A stretch of DNA of 64,000 bases from Ascoidea asiatica JCM 7603 (taxonomy: Eukaryota > Fungi > Ascomycota). Below the pieces are notes generated by a model, which was not told where the DNA came from, ran no database searches, and saw only the letters and a program-made list of their open reading frames with translations. This document shows positions 35,401 to 44,895 of the stretch, piece after piece (positions within the stretch are counted from its first letter, which is position 1; every line of letters begins with the position of its first letter). The position numbers and the translations under genes are program-made. The stretch lies in contig BCKQ01000012.1 in NCBI GenBank assembly GCA_001600695.1, positions 89,440 to 153,439 of the forward strand. The letters run 5' to 3'.

Positions 35401-36237
35401 TCGGAAATAGATTCATCAATTATCAATTTACAGGATATTTTTACAAATGCGATTTTGAAGGATGATTTCAAGACATTATATAAGGAAATCATTGATTTAT
35501 ATGGAAATTCAGGGGAGAGAGAAATTTTTTTTGTCAAAGACAATGTTTCCATGTTAGAAAAGCCAAATTCGATAAAAAGATCTCAAATACAAAAATTTGT
35601 TTTAATGATATCAGCTTATTTGTATTTGGCAACCTCAGCATCGGATTTTTCTGAACTTTCGGAAAGATGTTGGATCATGTTATCCAATTTAAGTTCTATT
35701 ATTATTGGGTTATTTGATAATGGTATAATTTTTGAACAGTCTGATATAATAGATTTAATCAAAATACTTTTGGAATTTAATCATTTATTTAGTTCTAGAT
35801 TTATAAGAATTTTTCTGGAAACTGAAAAAATGGGAATTGTTTTTTTTTTTCAATGTCAATGTGCTATAAATTTTTTCAAAATTATTTCAAATATTTTTCA
35901 ATTCTTAATATTCAAAGGAAGTGATAAATTTTTAAATCTATTGAAAGAAAAAACATTATTTTTCATTAAATTGGAAAATTCTAGACTACTGGAATTTCCA
36001 TTGAGATCTTTTTCAAGTACTTATGCACCAGTTAGATTGATTGATGATCTTAATAGAAATTTAAATTTTGATTTAAGTGAATTAAGAGAAAAAACTATAA
36101 GCATTACTGTAGAAGAATTGAAAAAAATAGTTATTCAAGCTCAAGTTCAAATGCTTTATGAATTAGGGCTTTTACCCTTGGAACCATTAAATTCAGTAGA
36201 CCAGATTTCTGGTACTTTAGCCAATTTAATAATATGA
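29479..36237 (+). CDS. MMS22: Mms22/Mus7-family replication-fork repair protein
   Basis: RRLRSRKPIQILPYSIE and SVLPASYW motifs, disordered N-terminal half, long helical C-terminal half, 2252 aa. Confidence 0.7.
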   Translation: MSSNINNKILNYDSISIPDEDYEYFDIEKNLDFKINSIDIDYELLVNQIYKNFNKIKNKQLNTQLNNDDIGNLLNKAYNEVSIKKHNNISLINDLNNENIIDIESELKASENHLEDDDVQDIQQNNQNLQKIPLNDVDSQKLDSQSKNDLDQLEKSLNFPKNLNILQQTTNTNIQPQPTTSNPLIQSSQAITVPNNTSSMSINKNDNPNENGNISTNINHRNLSDDDFEVIEKFKDDYESNSLPMKRRLRSRKPIQILPYSIEYKQYDLSSKGDEEKANLLELAAHELNPKLLESLKKELEEEEFQRQEHKKNQIEEKKKLSEEKQKLIEEKKKLRLERIKEKELEDEYKLQNQILIQNGINNSKNNENQINKNNKKKYKKRKKHKPTIFDDEEFFNNPELLHLANKKLKQLNLFSDDDSSSDTNSLSLDSDNLSDSSIESLIKTKSITEFNRDLEKEMDNDQEKLPSLKKLNLNYTKFDINDKNNKKKENPNNFRMESNDEFDFDNNFEDNNIFDGNNGNLDHVNRINSNISAEIDSENETLPTLREINISSFNDSSFSKSFSLSNSYLSDNASDNEGDIEDDIEDELIDYINNTDNIMKEPQINLDATIESVETIRNKKHSNRKTKGYSTSKDDEFDNGEATVASNVITNLLLGTRSRLLTKKELRSKVKAARSVLPASYWTGLKDDKEKKSSKPSLNFRRSFVPRKGLAKTIKNNNLATVKGNTKDELMKEFGKDIGSESENDQENNSLLRDSMDEEQQYYDEAALSEKNATIKNFSEIDSKKIIGNETNSNINFSDKLHEIIDVTDFSDDQECRESLHTGFDKMLSSNSHTLARSRNKTKGNTKKNKQSIPKGKIKVAIEARSKPTGKRTSFKIQKPNLKTRQPHWIDKFLPSSHMKVFSAKTADSNSSAYKNGVSSYHKPKYKGNSRNSGLWMTNDIEHDNIDLENEGKTGQYPEHIENEEDITELNYDEFINDPLQENSISENNFASNNKNLHVNNNQTREADIINLMKPRYFTTQIEEASGQYVAVRSKQNNIPNMGLEETFHKEFSITALLKSFSKTLIEDQFENISGIEENIFKPLKFHRSKSGSLLNEQFMKEIFSMNDPAKVFKSIPQVSFSGNIEQLLLDVISIYQSKENLFKKEYFQNVFISFKQILLSIYQLKTNYETEGNISKLEQNCLLFLKYVSQFVQYLKRLIDKIIPEHKRIFKYFFIFAISQCFLMYWELYQIMFVVPVLDQSKGTNSDNRKRTFTRTFEKDFRDLSNILFNFLVCYCDPVLLFSEFIDFEELTPIHDCFYIIKWSISALEKYKKIDSLKNLSFYGLYNKFWDNFTGIENAQKKFDFMYLFTSVSLQDAPAEPVFNEGKWELLNKSIGLFVNRIQRGNRIIGSPRMYEKYKNFFKNIILCIDQFQFVPTKNLIKSIFRLLKASDFRNFEEEKYNLKIFSINDTFYIDGRLKERSNFITNFIKILIKFRHEVNKHEKNKVKVLRNVCQFIEPTTGIISRDDGKSMIDFLPDFINRMNIYLAITFISKSDYSKQLIEITNTLTNGQNDLNIFKKCFEVLMSFSVIRFSAGAIEEMRSNIFEELIRKIVLNVNKSFLQNLKQINILAGILSNFLSNFGSYLSTMKKDNKILEFFFSTIPMILKLPLFEYVGFKTIISNLYYIFELISSKVPVMIEEWKNNRLMSGRIEEIGKRFEEVQSQLVHLIESFFKKVTFKNDKALLKFYDFYLERVIDVLGNVSNILVRSEVKNWDSLVEITWKGLFPQASSNSLLTVASLKAHYDIFWFSKVIEFNNIEQFLSMNQITLISPLFYYFIQNNRDKGFNYLVLLKKKDIHNSLRPLRLSSDKFWINMSFGQFKIQKMGIIYNILTNLINDHSYISEGLIKEFMKTLRLYYLEVEGRVLESSKCREFCKDILNFLSYSSTIDEGKNQTSFSLFKSYDYHFLREKLNLEADINIFENQLKFKIFSSEIDSSIINLQDIFTNAILKDDFKTLYKEIIDLYGNSGEREIFFVKDNVSMLEKPNSIKRSQIQKFVLMISAYLYLATSASDFSELSERCWIMLSNLSSIIIGLFDNGIIFEQSDIIDLIKILLEFNHLFSSRFIRIFLETEKMGIVFFFQCQCAINFFKIISNIFQFLIFKGSDKFLNLLKEKTLFFIKLENSRLLEFPLRSFSSTYAPVRLIDDLNRNLNFDLSELREKTISITVEELKKIVIQAQVQMLYELGLLPLEPLNSVDQISGTLANLII

Positions 36238-36614
36238 CATTTTATGTAAATTTTCATTTTCTATCATGAAAAATGTAAGATAAAATGATTTCAAACGTAG
36301 ATTAACTAAGAAATGAAAACTTACTAATGGATTTCGATATTTTAATAGTTCTTTGTAATAATTTAGAAGAACAAATGTATTCTTCTTTTTCGGTTGACTT
36401 TTACTGCAAGTAAGAAATTTAAAGAAATTAATTATTTATAAGTATTTTCAAATTAAAATTAAGAGAAAAAAAACTATAGACCAAGTACCAAATATAAGAA
36501 AAAAATAAAAATTGTGAAAAAAATAAGTAGAGAAAAAAATTTTTATAAAGAAAAGAACAAAATTAATGAAAAAATTAAACAAAATAGTAAGGGATTGCTT
36601 TAAAAAGGTATTCC

Positions 36615-38594
36615 TTAATCAACTTCTTCAACAGTTGGACCTGAAGAACCACCTTCTTTTGGAGCACCAGAAGCTCCTGGGAATCCACCAGCACCACCAG
36701 GCATTCCACCGGGCATACCACCCATACCAGGAATACCACCTTCTGGAGCACCACCAGATTGATAGAATTTCATCATAATTGGATTTGAAGTTTCTTCTAA
36801 TTCTTTTTGTTTATCTTTATATTCATCTGTTGAAGCAGATTGAGAGCTGTCTAACCAAGAAATAGTTTCTTCAATTGCTTTTGTTAATTTTTCAATATCA
36901 TCTTTATCAACTTTTTCTTTAAATTTTTGTTCAGAAATTGTATTTTTTAAAGAATAAGTATAAGATTCCAAACCATTCTTTGCAGAAATTCTTTCAGCTT
37001 CTTTTTCATCTTCTTCTTTAAATTTTTCAGCTTCAGAAACCATTCTTTCGATATCATCTTTTGATAATCTACCTTTATCATTAGTAATAGTAATTTTAGA
37101 AGATTTACCAGTACCTTTTTCTAAAGCAGAAACATTTAAAATACCATTAGCATCAATATCAAAAGTAACTTCAACTTGAGGAATACCTCTTGGAGCAGGT
37201 GGAATACCAGATAATTCAAATTTACCTAATAAATTATTATCTCTAGTTCTTGCTCTTTCACCTTCAAAAACTTGAATTAAAACACCAGGTTGATTATCAG
37301 CATAAGTTGAGAAAATTTCTGATTTTTTAGTTGGAATTGTTGAATTTCTTGGAATTAATTTTGTCATTACACCACCTGCAGTTTCAATACCTAAAGATAA
37401 TGGAGTAACATCTAACAATAATAAATCTTGAGTTTTTGAAGATTTATCACCAGTTAAAATTGCAGCTTGAACAGCAGCACCATAAGCAACAGCTTCATCA
37501 GGATTAATTGATTTATTTGGTTCTTTACCATTAAAGAAATCAGAAACTAATTTTTGAACTTTTGGAATTCTTGTTGAACCACCAACTAAAACAATTTCAT
37601 TAACTTGAGATTTATCAATTTTAGCATCTCTCAAAACTTTTTCAACAGGATCAATTGTAGATCTAAATAAATCAGAACATAATTCTTCAAATCTTGCTCT
37701 TGTAATTGAAGTATAGAAATCAAAACCTTCATATAAAGAATCAATTTCAATTGAAGTTTGAGTTGATGAAGATAAAGTTCTTTTTGCTCTTTCACAAGCA
37801 GTTCTTAATCTTCTAAGAGATCTTTGATTACCACTTGGATCTTTTTTAAATTTTCTTTTAAATTCAGTAACAAAATGATTAACTAATCTATTATCAAAAT
37901 CTTCACCACCTAAATGAGTATCACCGGCAGTTGCTTTAACTTCAAAAATACCTTCATCAATTGATAATAGAGATACATCAAAAGTACCACCACCTAAATC
38001 AAAAATTAAAACATTATGATCACCAGCACCAGTATCTTTTTTATCTAAACCATAAGCAATTGCAGCTGCAGTTGGTTCATTAATAATTCTTAAAACATTT
38101 AAACCACAAATTAAACCAGCATCTTTTGTTGCTTGTCTTTGAGAATCATTAAAATAGGCAGGAACTGTAATAACTGCATCTTTAACTTTACCACCTAAAT
38201 AACTTTCTGCAGTTTCTTTCATTTTTGTTAAAATCATTGAAGAAATTTCTTCTGGAGAAAAAGTTTTTGTTTCACCTTTAAATTCAACTTGAATAATTGG
38301 TTTTTCACCTTTATTAATAACTTTAAATGGATAATGTTTCATATCACTTTGAACCTCAGGATCATTAAATTTTCTACCAATTAATCTTTTTGCATCAAAA
38401 ACAGTATTTTTTGGATTCATTGCAGCTTGATTTTTTGCAGCATCACCAATTAATCTTTCAGTATCAGTAAAAGCAACATAAGAAGGAGTTGTTCTATTAC
38501 CTTGATCATTAGCAATAATTTCAACTCTATCATTTGTAAAATGAGCAACACATGAATAGGTTGTACCTAAATCAATACCAATTGCTTTTGACAT
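36615..38594 (-). CDS. SSA: Cytosolic Hsp70, Ssa subfamily
   Basis: [37 protein letters not shown] repeats, C-terminal GPTVEEVD. Confidence 0.98.
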   Translation of the reverse strand: MSKAIGIDLGTTYSCVAHFTNDRVEIIANDQGNRTTPSYVAFTDTERLIGDAAKNQAAMNPKNTVFDAKRLIGRKFNDPEVQSDMKHYPFKVINKGEKPIIQVEFKGETKTFSPEEISSMILTKMKETAESYLGGKVKDAVITVPAYFNDSQRQATKDAGLICGLNVLRIINEPTAAAIAYGLDKKDTGAGDHNVLIFDLGGGTFDVSLLSIDEGIFEVKATAGDTHLGGEDFDNRLVNHFVTEFKRKFKKDPSGNQRSLRRLRTACERAKRTLSSSTQTSIEIDSLYEGFDFYTSITRARFEELCSDLFRSTIDPVEKVLRDAKIDKSQVNEIVLVGGSTRIPKVQKLVSDFFNGKEPNKSINPDEAVAYGAAVQAAILTGDKSSKTQDLLLLDVTPLSLGIETAGGVMTKLIPRNSTIPTKKSEIFSTYADNQPGVLIQVFEGERARTRDNNLLGKFELSGIPPAPRGIPQVEVTFDIDANGILNVSALEKGTGKSSKITITNDKGRLSKDDIERMVSEAEKFKEEDEKEAERISAKNGLESYTYSLKNTISEQKFKEKVDKDDIEKLTKAIEETISWLDSSQSASTDEYKDKQKELEETSNPIMMKFYQSGGAPEGGIPGMGGMPGGMPGGAGGFPGASGAPKEGGSSGPTVEEVD

Positions 38595-39030
38595 TTTTAA
38601 TTTAATTTAATTTTATTTGAATTGATTGTTTAATAATTTGTTTGATTGATTGAATAATTTGAATAAAAAATAATTTGTAAATTTAAGTAAGATTATAATA
38701 TAAAAGTTATAGCGCTTATTAAAAAATTGATTAGTTATTTTAAATTAAGTAATTAATAAAATAAGTAATTTATAATTGATAAAAAATAAAGTAAAGATTA
38801 AAAATCAAAAATGAATTGAATTGAAGTAAATCGAGGATTTATATATTAAATATATTCTGTTGAAATTAAACAAGATACGATTGAATTATTAGAGTTGACT
38901 AAGAGCAAGAGCAATTAGAGTGTTCCCTCTAAAGGAATCATTGACAAACTACTCATTAAGCAAGCGATTATTACTATTATTAGTTGATTATCATAGTTAC
39001 TAACACTCTTATTACAGTTATTTTTACAGG

Positions 39031-39298
39031 AGTTTATTCTAGTTTGTTCTGGGTTGTTCTGGTTTATTCTGAATTCAGGGGAAAAAGAATAAAATACAAA
39101 AAAATAGAACTGAATAGAACTGAATAGAAATGAAAAGAATCCAGTAGAAAACAAGAGAACAAAATAGAACAAAATGGAATCAAATAGAACAAACTCAAGA
39201 TGGAAAACGGTGGAATATTCTAGAATTTCCAGTGGCATGGACACTCACTTCCCTGCTTCCCGAGAAGGCCCATAGAACTAGTAGAACACTTTGTTCTT
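39031..39298. promoter_or_regulatory. Heat-shock element cluster (phased step-type array plus a contiguous HSE) upstream of Hsp70
   Basis: TTC at 39037/47/57/67, GAA every 10 bp from 39107 to 39187, gGAAtaTTCtaGAAttTCC at 39212-39230, and further GAA/TTC units up to 39298. Confidence 0.8.
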
Positions 39299-39816
39299 AC
39301 AACACTGAGACACTAAACACTTACAAAACTGAGGAGTCTGGTGGAAGTGAAGGAAGAACTGGAGAAAATGGTGTGGTTGGTGGTATGGTTTGTGGTGTGG
39401 TTAGTTTTGCTTCTCTGCGGTGTTTCTGTGTTTCTGAGCTTTTTAGTTTTTTACAATTTAAATCATCTCGGCTAGGGGCAAACTGCTCAATAAGGCAGGC
39501 ACGTTTGATGCATAAGTAGCATACCCCGACCTAATAAGAGCCGACTTGCAACATGTGACTTTAATTTCCAAAATTCCAAAATAGGAAGGAACAAAATGAA
39601 TGTTTAAAAGTACCACTGAAATGGGTCTCTTAATAAAATGAAATCAGTATTTATATTCAAAATTGGGGTCCCACATATTTGGTTTCAATTTACTTTATTA
39701 TTATATTTAAATTAAATACAGTAAATTTTAATATTTCATTAAGTTGAAATGAATTGAAATGAATTGAATGAATAATAAATCAATTAGAGATTTAATTTCA
39801 ATAAACTAGTTTAAAA

Positions 39817-40109
39817 ATGGATGAACCAACAATAAAAAAACAAAAACTGAATAGTTCTGAAACAATTAATAATGTGGAAACAGTTGATAATCAAGAAAAT
39901 AAAGATATTGATGATTCAAAAGATAATGAAGTTTTAATAAATTTATTGAAAAAATTTGAATTTATAAAAATTTTAGATTCTAATCCACAATCTAAAACTT
40001 TATCATTATTAGGAAAAATTAATAATAAAGATTCAATAATTTCTTTAGAAAAAACTCATTTTTTAATTGAAAATGTTGAAAACATTCAAAATTCAAATAC
40101 TAATAAAAC

Positions 40110-40142
<33 letters not shown>

Positions 40143-40941
40143 TGATGATGATGAATTAACTTTAAATATATCTAAGATTATAGATTTAAATCAAATTTCT
40201 TTAATTCAAAATAATGATATTTATTATTGGTCTTTAACATTAATTAAAAATCAAAGCTTAATTAATAATCCTTCAATAAAGTTAAATTTAATTTATCCTG
40301 CAACAAATTCTCATATTAAAAAATTTGAAAAAATTAAAAATATCTCAATTACTGAAACTTCATATTATTATAAAAAATTTACTTTACCATATATAAAATC
40401 AATGAAAAATGAAAAATTAAATTGGGTTAGAAATATTTTTTATAAAAATTTTGAAAATGATAAAATTTTATTTAATGAAATTGAATTTAAAATTTTACCA
40501 GATATGAAATGGGATGGTAAAAATTTAAAAACTTTGTATTTAATTTTAATTACAAATAATGGTGAATTTGAATTAAATTCAATAAGAGATTTAAAGAAAG
40601 AAAAACATTTAATTTTTTTAAAAAAAATTTTAAATTTTATAAATTTAAATATACCAAAATTTTATAATTATAAAATTAAAAAAAATGATTTAAGAATTTT
40701 TATTCATTATCAACCTTCATATTATTGGTTTCATATTCATATTACAAATATTTCAAATGATGGTTTAAATAATTCAATTTTAATTGGTAAAGCAATTTTA
40801 ATTCAAGATATTATTGAAAATTTAGAAAATAATATTGAATATGAATTTAGAAATTTAACATATATATTACCTGAAAATCATGATTTATGGATTAAAACTG
40901 GTTTTAAAGAAGAATATTTATCAAATGAAAATATTATATAA
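39817..40941 (+). CDS. DCS1: Scavenger m7GpppX decapping enzyme (DcpS, HIT family)
   Basis: NNDIYYW, KLNLIYPAT..HIKK, LPDMKWDG, SIRDL, FIHYQPSYYWFHIHI. Confidence 0.95.
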
Positions 40942-40985
40942 TATTATATAAATACTGTATGTAATAAGTAAATAAAGGTGAAATC

Positions 40986-41639
40986 TTATTTTCTGTACCA
41001 TAATCTTGTAATTTTTGTATTCATCATTTTTTTCTGTAATTGAAAAACACCATACATTAAAGCTTCTGCAGTTGGTGGACAACCAGGAACATAAATATCA
41101 ACAGGTACAACTCTATCACAACCTCTAACAACAGAATATGAATAATGATAATAACCACCACCATTTGCACAAGAACCCATAGAAATTACCCATCTTGGTT
41201 CTGGCATTTGATCATAAACTTGTCTTAAAGCAGGAGCCATTTTATTTGTTAAAGTTCCTGCAACAATCATTATATCAGATTGTCTTGGAGAAGCTCTAAA
41301 AATAATACCTAATCTATCTTGATCATATCTTGGAGTTGAAACATGCATCATTTCAACTGCACAACATGCTAAACCAAAAGTAACTGGCCAAAATGAAGAT
41401 TTTCTTGCCCAATTTGCAATTCCATCCATTGATGTTAAAACATAATCTAATTTTGATGATGGTTTTGTATCATTAATTAATGGTTGATTTATACTTAAAC
41501 TTTTATTTGGAGTAATTTGATCTTTTCTTGATAATGAATATGAAGATGCATTTCTAATTATAATTGAATTTAAATTTTTTCTTATTAATATCTTCTTAGA
41601 TATTATACCTAAGGAATTGGTTTTAAATATTGAACTCAT
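40986..41639 (-). CDS. NUKM: Mitochondrial complex I PSST/NDUFS7 (NUKM) subunit
   Basis: [54 protein letters not shown] at 41639 is followed by a basic presequence. Confidence 0.97.
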   Translation of the reverse strand: MSSIFKTNSLGIISKKILIRKNLNSIIIRNASSYSLSRKDQITPNKSLSINQPLINDTKPSSKLDYVLTSMDGIANWARKSSFWPVTFGLACCAVEMMHVSTPRYDQDRLGIIFRASPRQSDIMIVAGTLTNKMAPALRQVYDQMPEPRWVISMGSCANGGGYYHYSYSVVRGCDRVVPVDIYVPGCPPTAEALMYGVFQLQKKMMNTKITRLWYRK

Positions 41640-42163
41640 ATCTTGGAATATATATAGACAGACTTGACAATTCAATTGAATTATAAATAATATATTATTA
41701 AATGTATAATATTATAATTATCTATTCAATTCATTTGAATATTATTATCTTATTATCTTGTCACTCAAATAATAATGATGATAATTTCTTTAAGTTAACG
41801 GTTACTTGGTTTGCTTGTAGATTATTCAGCTCCTGTTAGGGATTTTGACCTGCAAAGTAAAGAAGTAATCTAGATTTAACCGTTCTTGATTGGATACTGT
41901 GTTTATCATGCGCCACGTTACCAATGCTATAATCAGCCTTATAAATTGCCACATAAAGGCTGAATTTTAAGTTACAGGGGCTAATTAATTGCGTGTCAAA
42001 TTACGTCAGGAAGTGAGTGTCAAAGTGCGTTACTTATTAAGTCATGTGACTGTTTTTTTTTTAATTGATTCTTGTGGAATCACAAAGTTATGAAGTACAA
42101 CAAGCTTATTATCTTTAGAGATAATAACAGTACAGTAGTGTTCCACCGTAAATAGTCTTTTAT

Positions 42164-42670
42164 TTAACTAAGATAACAATTTCTTACAAGCTCTACTACT
42201 TTATAAAGTGAATCAAAATCTTCATTTTCCACATCATTATCATCTTCTGAATAATTATTACCATTCTTTTTAATTTTTCTTTTAAATATCTTTGAACTTA
42301 AAGAAATTGATAAATTTTTACCATTTGAAATTTCTTTTGAATTTAATGATAAAATTAATTTTGTAATTTGAGAACATAAAATTAATAGTTTTAAATTTTT
42401 TGGATCTCCCATTATACAAAATGGTGTTATATTTAAATCTTCAATATTTTCATTATTATTATTATTATTATTATTAGTATTAGATATTGAAATAATTGTA
42501 GAATTTGGTATATTTATTGAATAATTTGAATCTATTTCTCCATTAAATGATATTATTATAATTAATTTATTTTGAAAATTTAAAATTTGTGCTTTTAGTT
42601 CATTTCCTTCAATTGTTTTTAATTCTGATAATTTTAAAACTGACTTAAAGTTGTTTGATAAAGTTGACAT
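42164..42670 (-). CDS. IRC25: Proteasome assembly chaperone Irc25/Poc3 (PAC3)-like
   Basis: F.NKLIIII..NGEIDSNY and MGDP.N.KL.ILCSQI.KL resemble Irc25/Poc3. A PACE-like TGTGGCAA lies near 42794-42801. Confidence 0.7.
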   Translation of the reverse strand: MSTLSNNFKSVLKLSELKTIEGNELKAQILNFQNKLIIIISFNGEIDSNYSINIPNSTIISISNTNNNNNNNNENIEDLNITPFCIMGDPKNLKLLILCSQITKLILSLNSKEISNGKNLSISLSSKIFKRKIKKNGNNYSEDDNDVENEDFDSLYKVVELVRNCYLS

Positions 42671-42920
42671 TTTGTTAAATTAATGATTATTATCTCCTTA
42701 TTATTTTATAATTATAACTAATTAAATTATCATTATCAACTTCAACAGTTGAAATATTCAATGAGTTAAAGAATGAAAATTTAAATATTTGTCTGTGGCA
42801 AGGCTTATTTCAACAATTTTTCAAAGAAAAGAGCAAAAAAAAAGGCCTGGTTGCATAACCGCAGTTTATCCGATTTCCGGTGAAATTTTCAAATAGTTCA
42901 ATATAGTTTTAGTTATTTTA

Positions 42921-42923
42921 AAT

Positions 42924-42974
<51 letters not shown>

Positions 42975-43030
42975 TATATTTATATATTTATATATTTATA
43001 TATTTATATATTTATATATTTATATTTATA
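42921..43030. repeat. Compound (TTTA)n-(TATATTTA)n microsatellite
   Basis: Read directly from the sequence; lies just 3' of the ketopantoate reductase-like gene. Confidence 0.9.
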
Positions 43031-43057
43031 AGATATTTATATATACTAAAATTTCAT

Positions 43058-44143
43058 TTAAATTCCTTTAGTATCTTCTGCTGTAAATTTAACTGTATTC
43101 ACTGGTCTTTGCTCAGGAACTTTTATAAATCCTTTACTTTCTTTTAATCTAAATTGAACACATTCTAATAAATCATAAATTAAACTTAACGTTGGACATT
43201 CAATTTCTGTATCCATACCTAATTCTTTACCAATTCTTAATGGATTACCTAATAATATTTCTAATTCCATTGGATTACCTCTTTTAACATCCATAAGCAT
43301 TGAAGGTTCATAATAATTTAAATCATCATTATGAATCATAAAATTCATCATTTCAAAATTTAATTGTTTATAACCTGCTTTATGACCAATTTTAATAACT
43401 TCAATCATTGCTTTTTTTATAAGTTTAAATTGATTTTTACTTATTATTTGAATTCTACCAATATCACATAATGTTAAAGCACAAATTGTATTAATTGAAG
43501 AATTATAAATTAATTTTTTCCATCTTAAAAAATTAACATCTTTATCATAATTAACAAATTTTTCATTAATTTTATTTATATATAAACTTATGAAAAATTT
43601 TGTAATTTTTTCTTGATTTTCAATTAATAAATTTTTATTATTGAAATATCCAATTTTTATATCATCTTTTTTACTTTGTAAAATATGATCATCATAAACT
43701 GTTGAACCAATCATTGAAACACCAGATATAACAACAGTATTTTTATATTTTTTTAAAAATGGAATTTCAATACCAATACCATTTTCAATTAAAACTATTG
43801 AAATTTCTTCTTTTAAATCTTCTTGATATTTCATTATTGGTTCAATCATATCTTCAATTGGTTTTAAATCTGGTAAATTTTTTAAAGTAATAATTAAATA
43901 TTTAAATGGTCCATATTTTATACTATCTTTAATATCTTTAACAACATTTGTTGGTTTATATCCTTTAACTTCTCCATAATCACAACTTTTAATATTAACT
44001 CCATGTTTTGTAAGCTTATCATAATTAGAATTTGTAACTACTGTTACTTCTGATTTACCAGAATATTCTAATCCATATGAAGTGATGGCTCCAACTCCTC
44101 CAAATCCAACAAGTAATATTTTAGTCTTTTCTTGTACAGTCAT
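43058..44143 (-). CDS. Ketopantoate reductase (ApbA/PanE) family protein
   Basis: LLVGFGGVG, LIENGIGIE, RWKKLIYNSSIN, PSMLMDVKRGNPMELE. Confidence 0.88.
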   Translation of the reverse strand: MTVQEKTKILLVGFGGVGAITSYGLEYSGKSEVTVVTNSNYDKLTKHGVNIKSCDYGEVKGYKPTNVVKDIKDSIKYGPFKYLIITLKNLPDLKPIEDMIEPIMKYQEDLKEEISIVLIENGIGIEIPFLKKYKNTVVISGVSMIGSTVYDDHILQSKKDDIKIGYFNNKNLLIENQEKITKFFISLYINKINEKFVNYDKDVNFLRWKKLIYNSSINTICALTLCDIGRIQIISKNQFKLIKKAMIEVIKIGHKAGYKQLNFEMMNFMIHNDDLNYYEPSMLMDVKRGNPMELEILLGNPLRIGKELGMDTEIECPTLSLIYDLLECVQFRLKESKGFIKVPEQRPVNTVKFTAEDTKGI

Positions 44144-44895
44144 TATGTTATAATTGCTTTTTTTTATATTGATCTTGAAATATAATAATAATAATAAGAA
44201 TAATGATAATTAGTTGATTAATTAATTATTATTTTGTTTCTTTATTCAGGAAAATAATTTCCTTATAAAAAAACTAAATATCAATCATATTTATACCTTT
44301 TTGAAAGTCACATTAGGAATATTCCTCCATAACTTCGAATAATAACTAAAATATTAAATCAAATAACAAACCTAATACCAAATCAAATATTAAACTAAAT
44401 AATAAGTCAAAAATATCAAGGGTAAATAGAATAAATCGACTAAACTTCAAGCAGAAAACACTTTCAACACTTTCAACGGGTTTTATTAGCCGATCATAAT
44501 AAAGTTAACACAGTGCAGACTCTACACCTTGTTCAACACTTAGATCGGTATCGGAATACAACTGCAATATATTCTTCAATCAAAACATACAATAGCTTTA
44601 CTTCAAAGGATATAGATTTTAAATTATATAAATAAAAACATAAAGCAAAAATAAAAAAAGAAATAAATACAATAATAAAAACCAGAATTCAAAACAAAAC
44701 TACTTCAATTGAAATAGTTGTCATTCATTTTTTACTCATATACTCATATATTTGCAATGTATTCAAAAAAGTTATAAGCCGAATTTGAAAAAAAAATAAA
44801 GGGTGTGTAGAAGAAAATTTAATGATCTTTAAAAATACAAAAAAAAAGTTTGAAAATGAATTAATTATAAATATATATATATATATAAATCAACT

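Noticed and set aside
39100-39190. CRISPR-like or coding interpretation of the periodic repeat (ORFs 38915-39244 and 39232-39519)
   Set aside because: Eukaryotic context, a 10-bp period with no spacers, and no cas genes. The HSE interpretation fits its position upstream of Hsp70.
42921-43030. AT-only tract as a possible point-centromere CDEII
   Set aside because: It is a simple microsatellite at a gene 3' end, with no adjacent CDEI and no convincing CDEIII. The RTCACRTG sites in this window lie in promoters.
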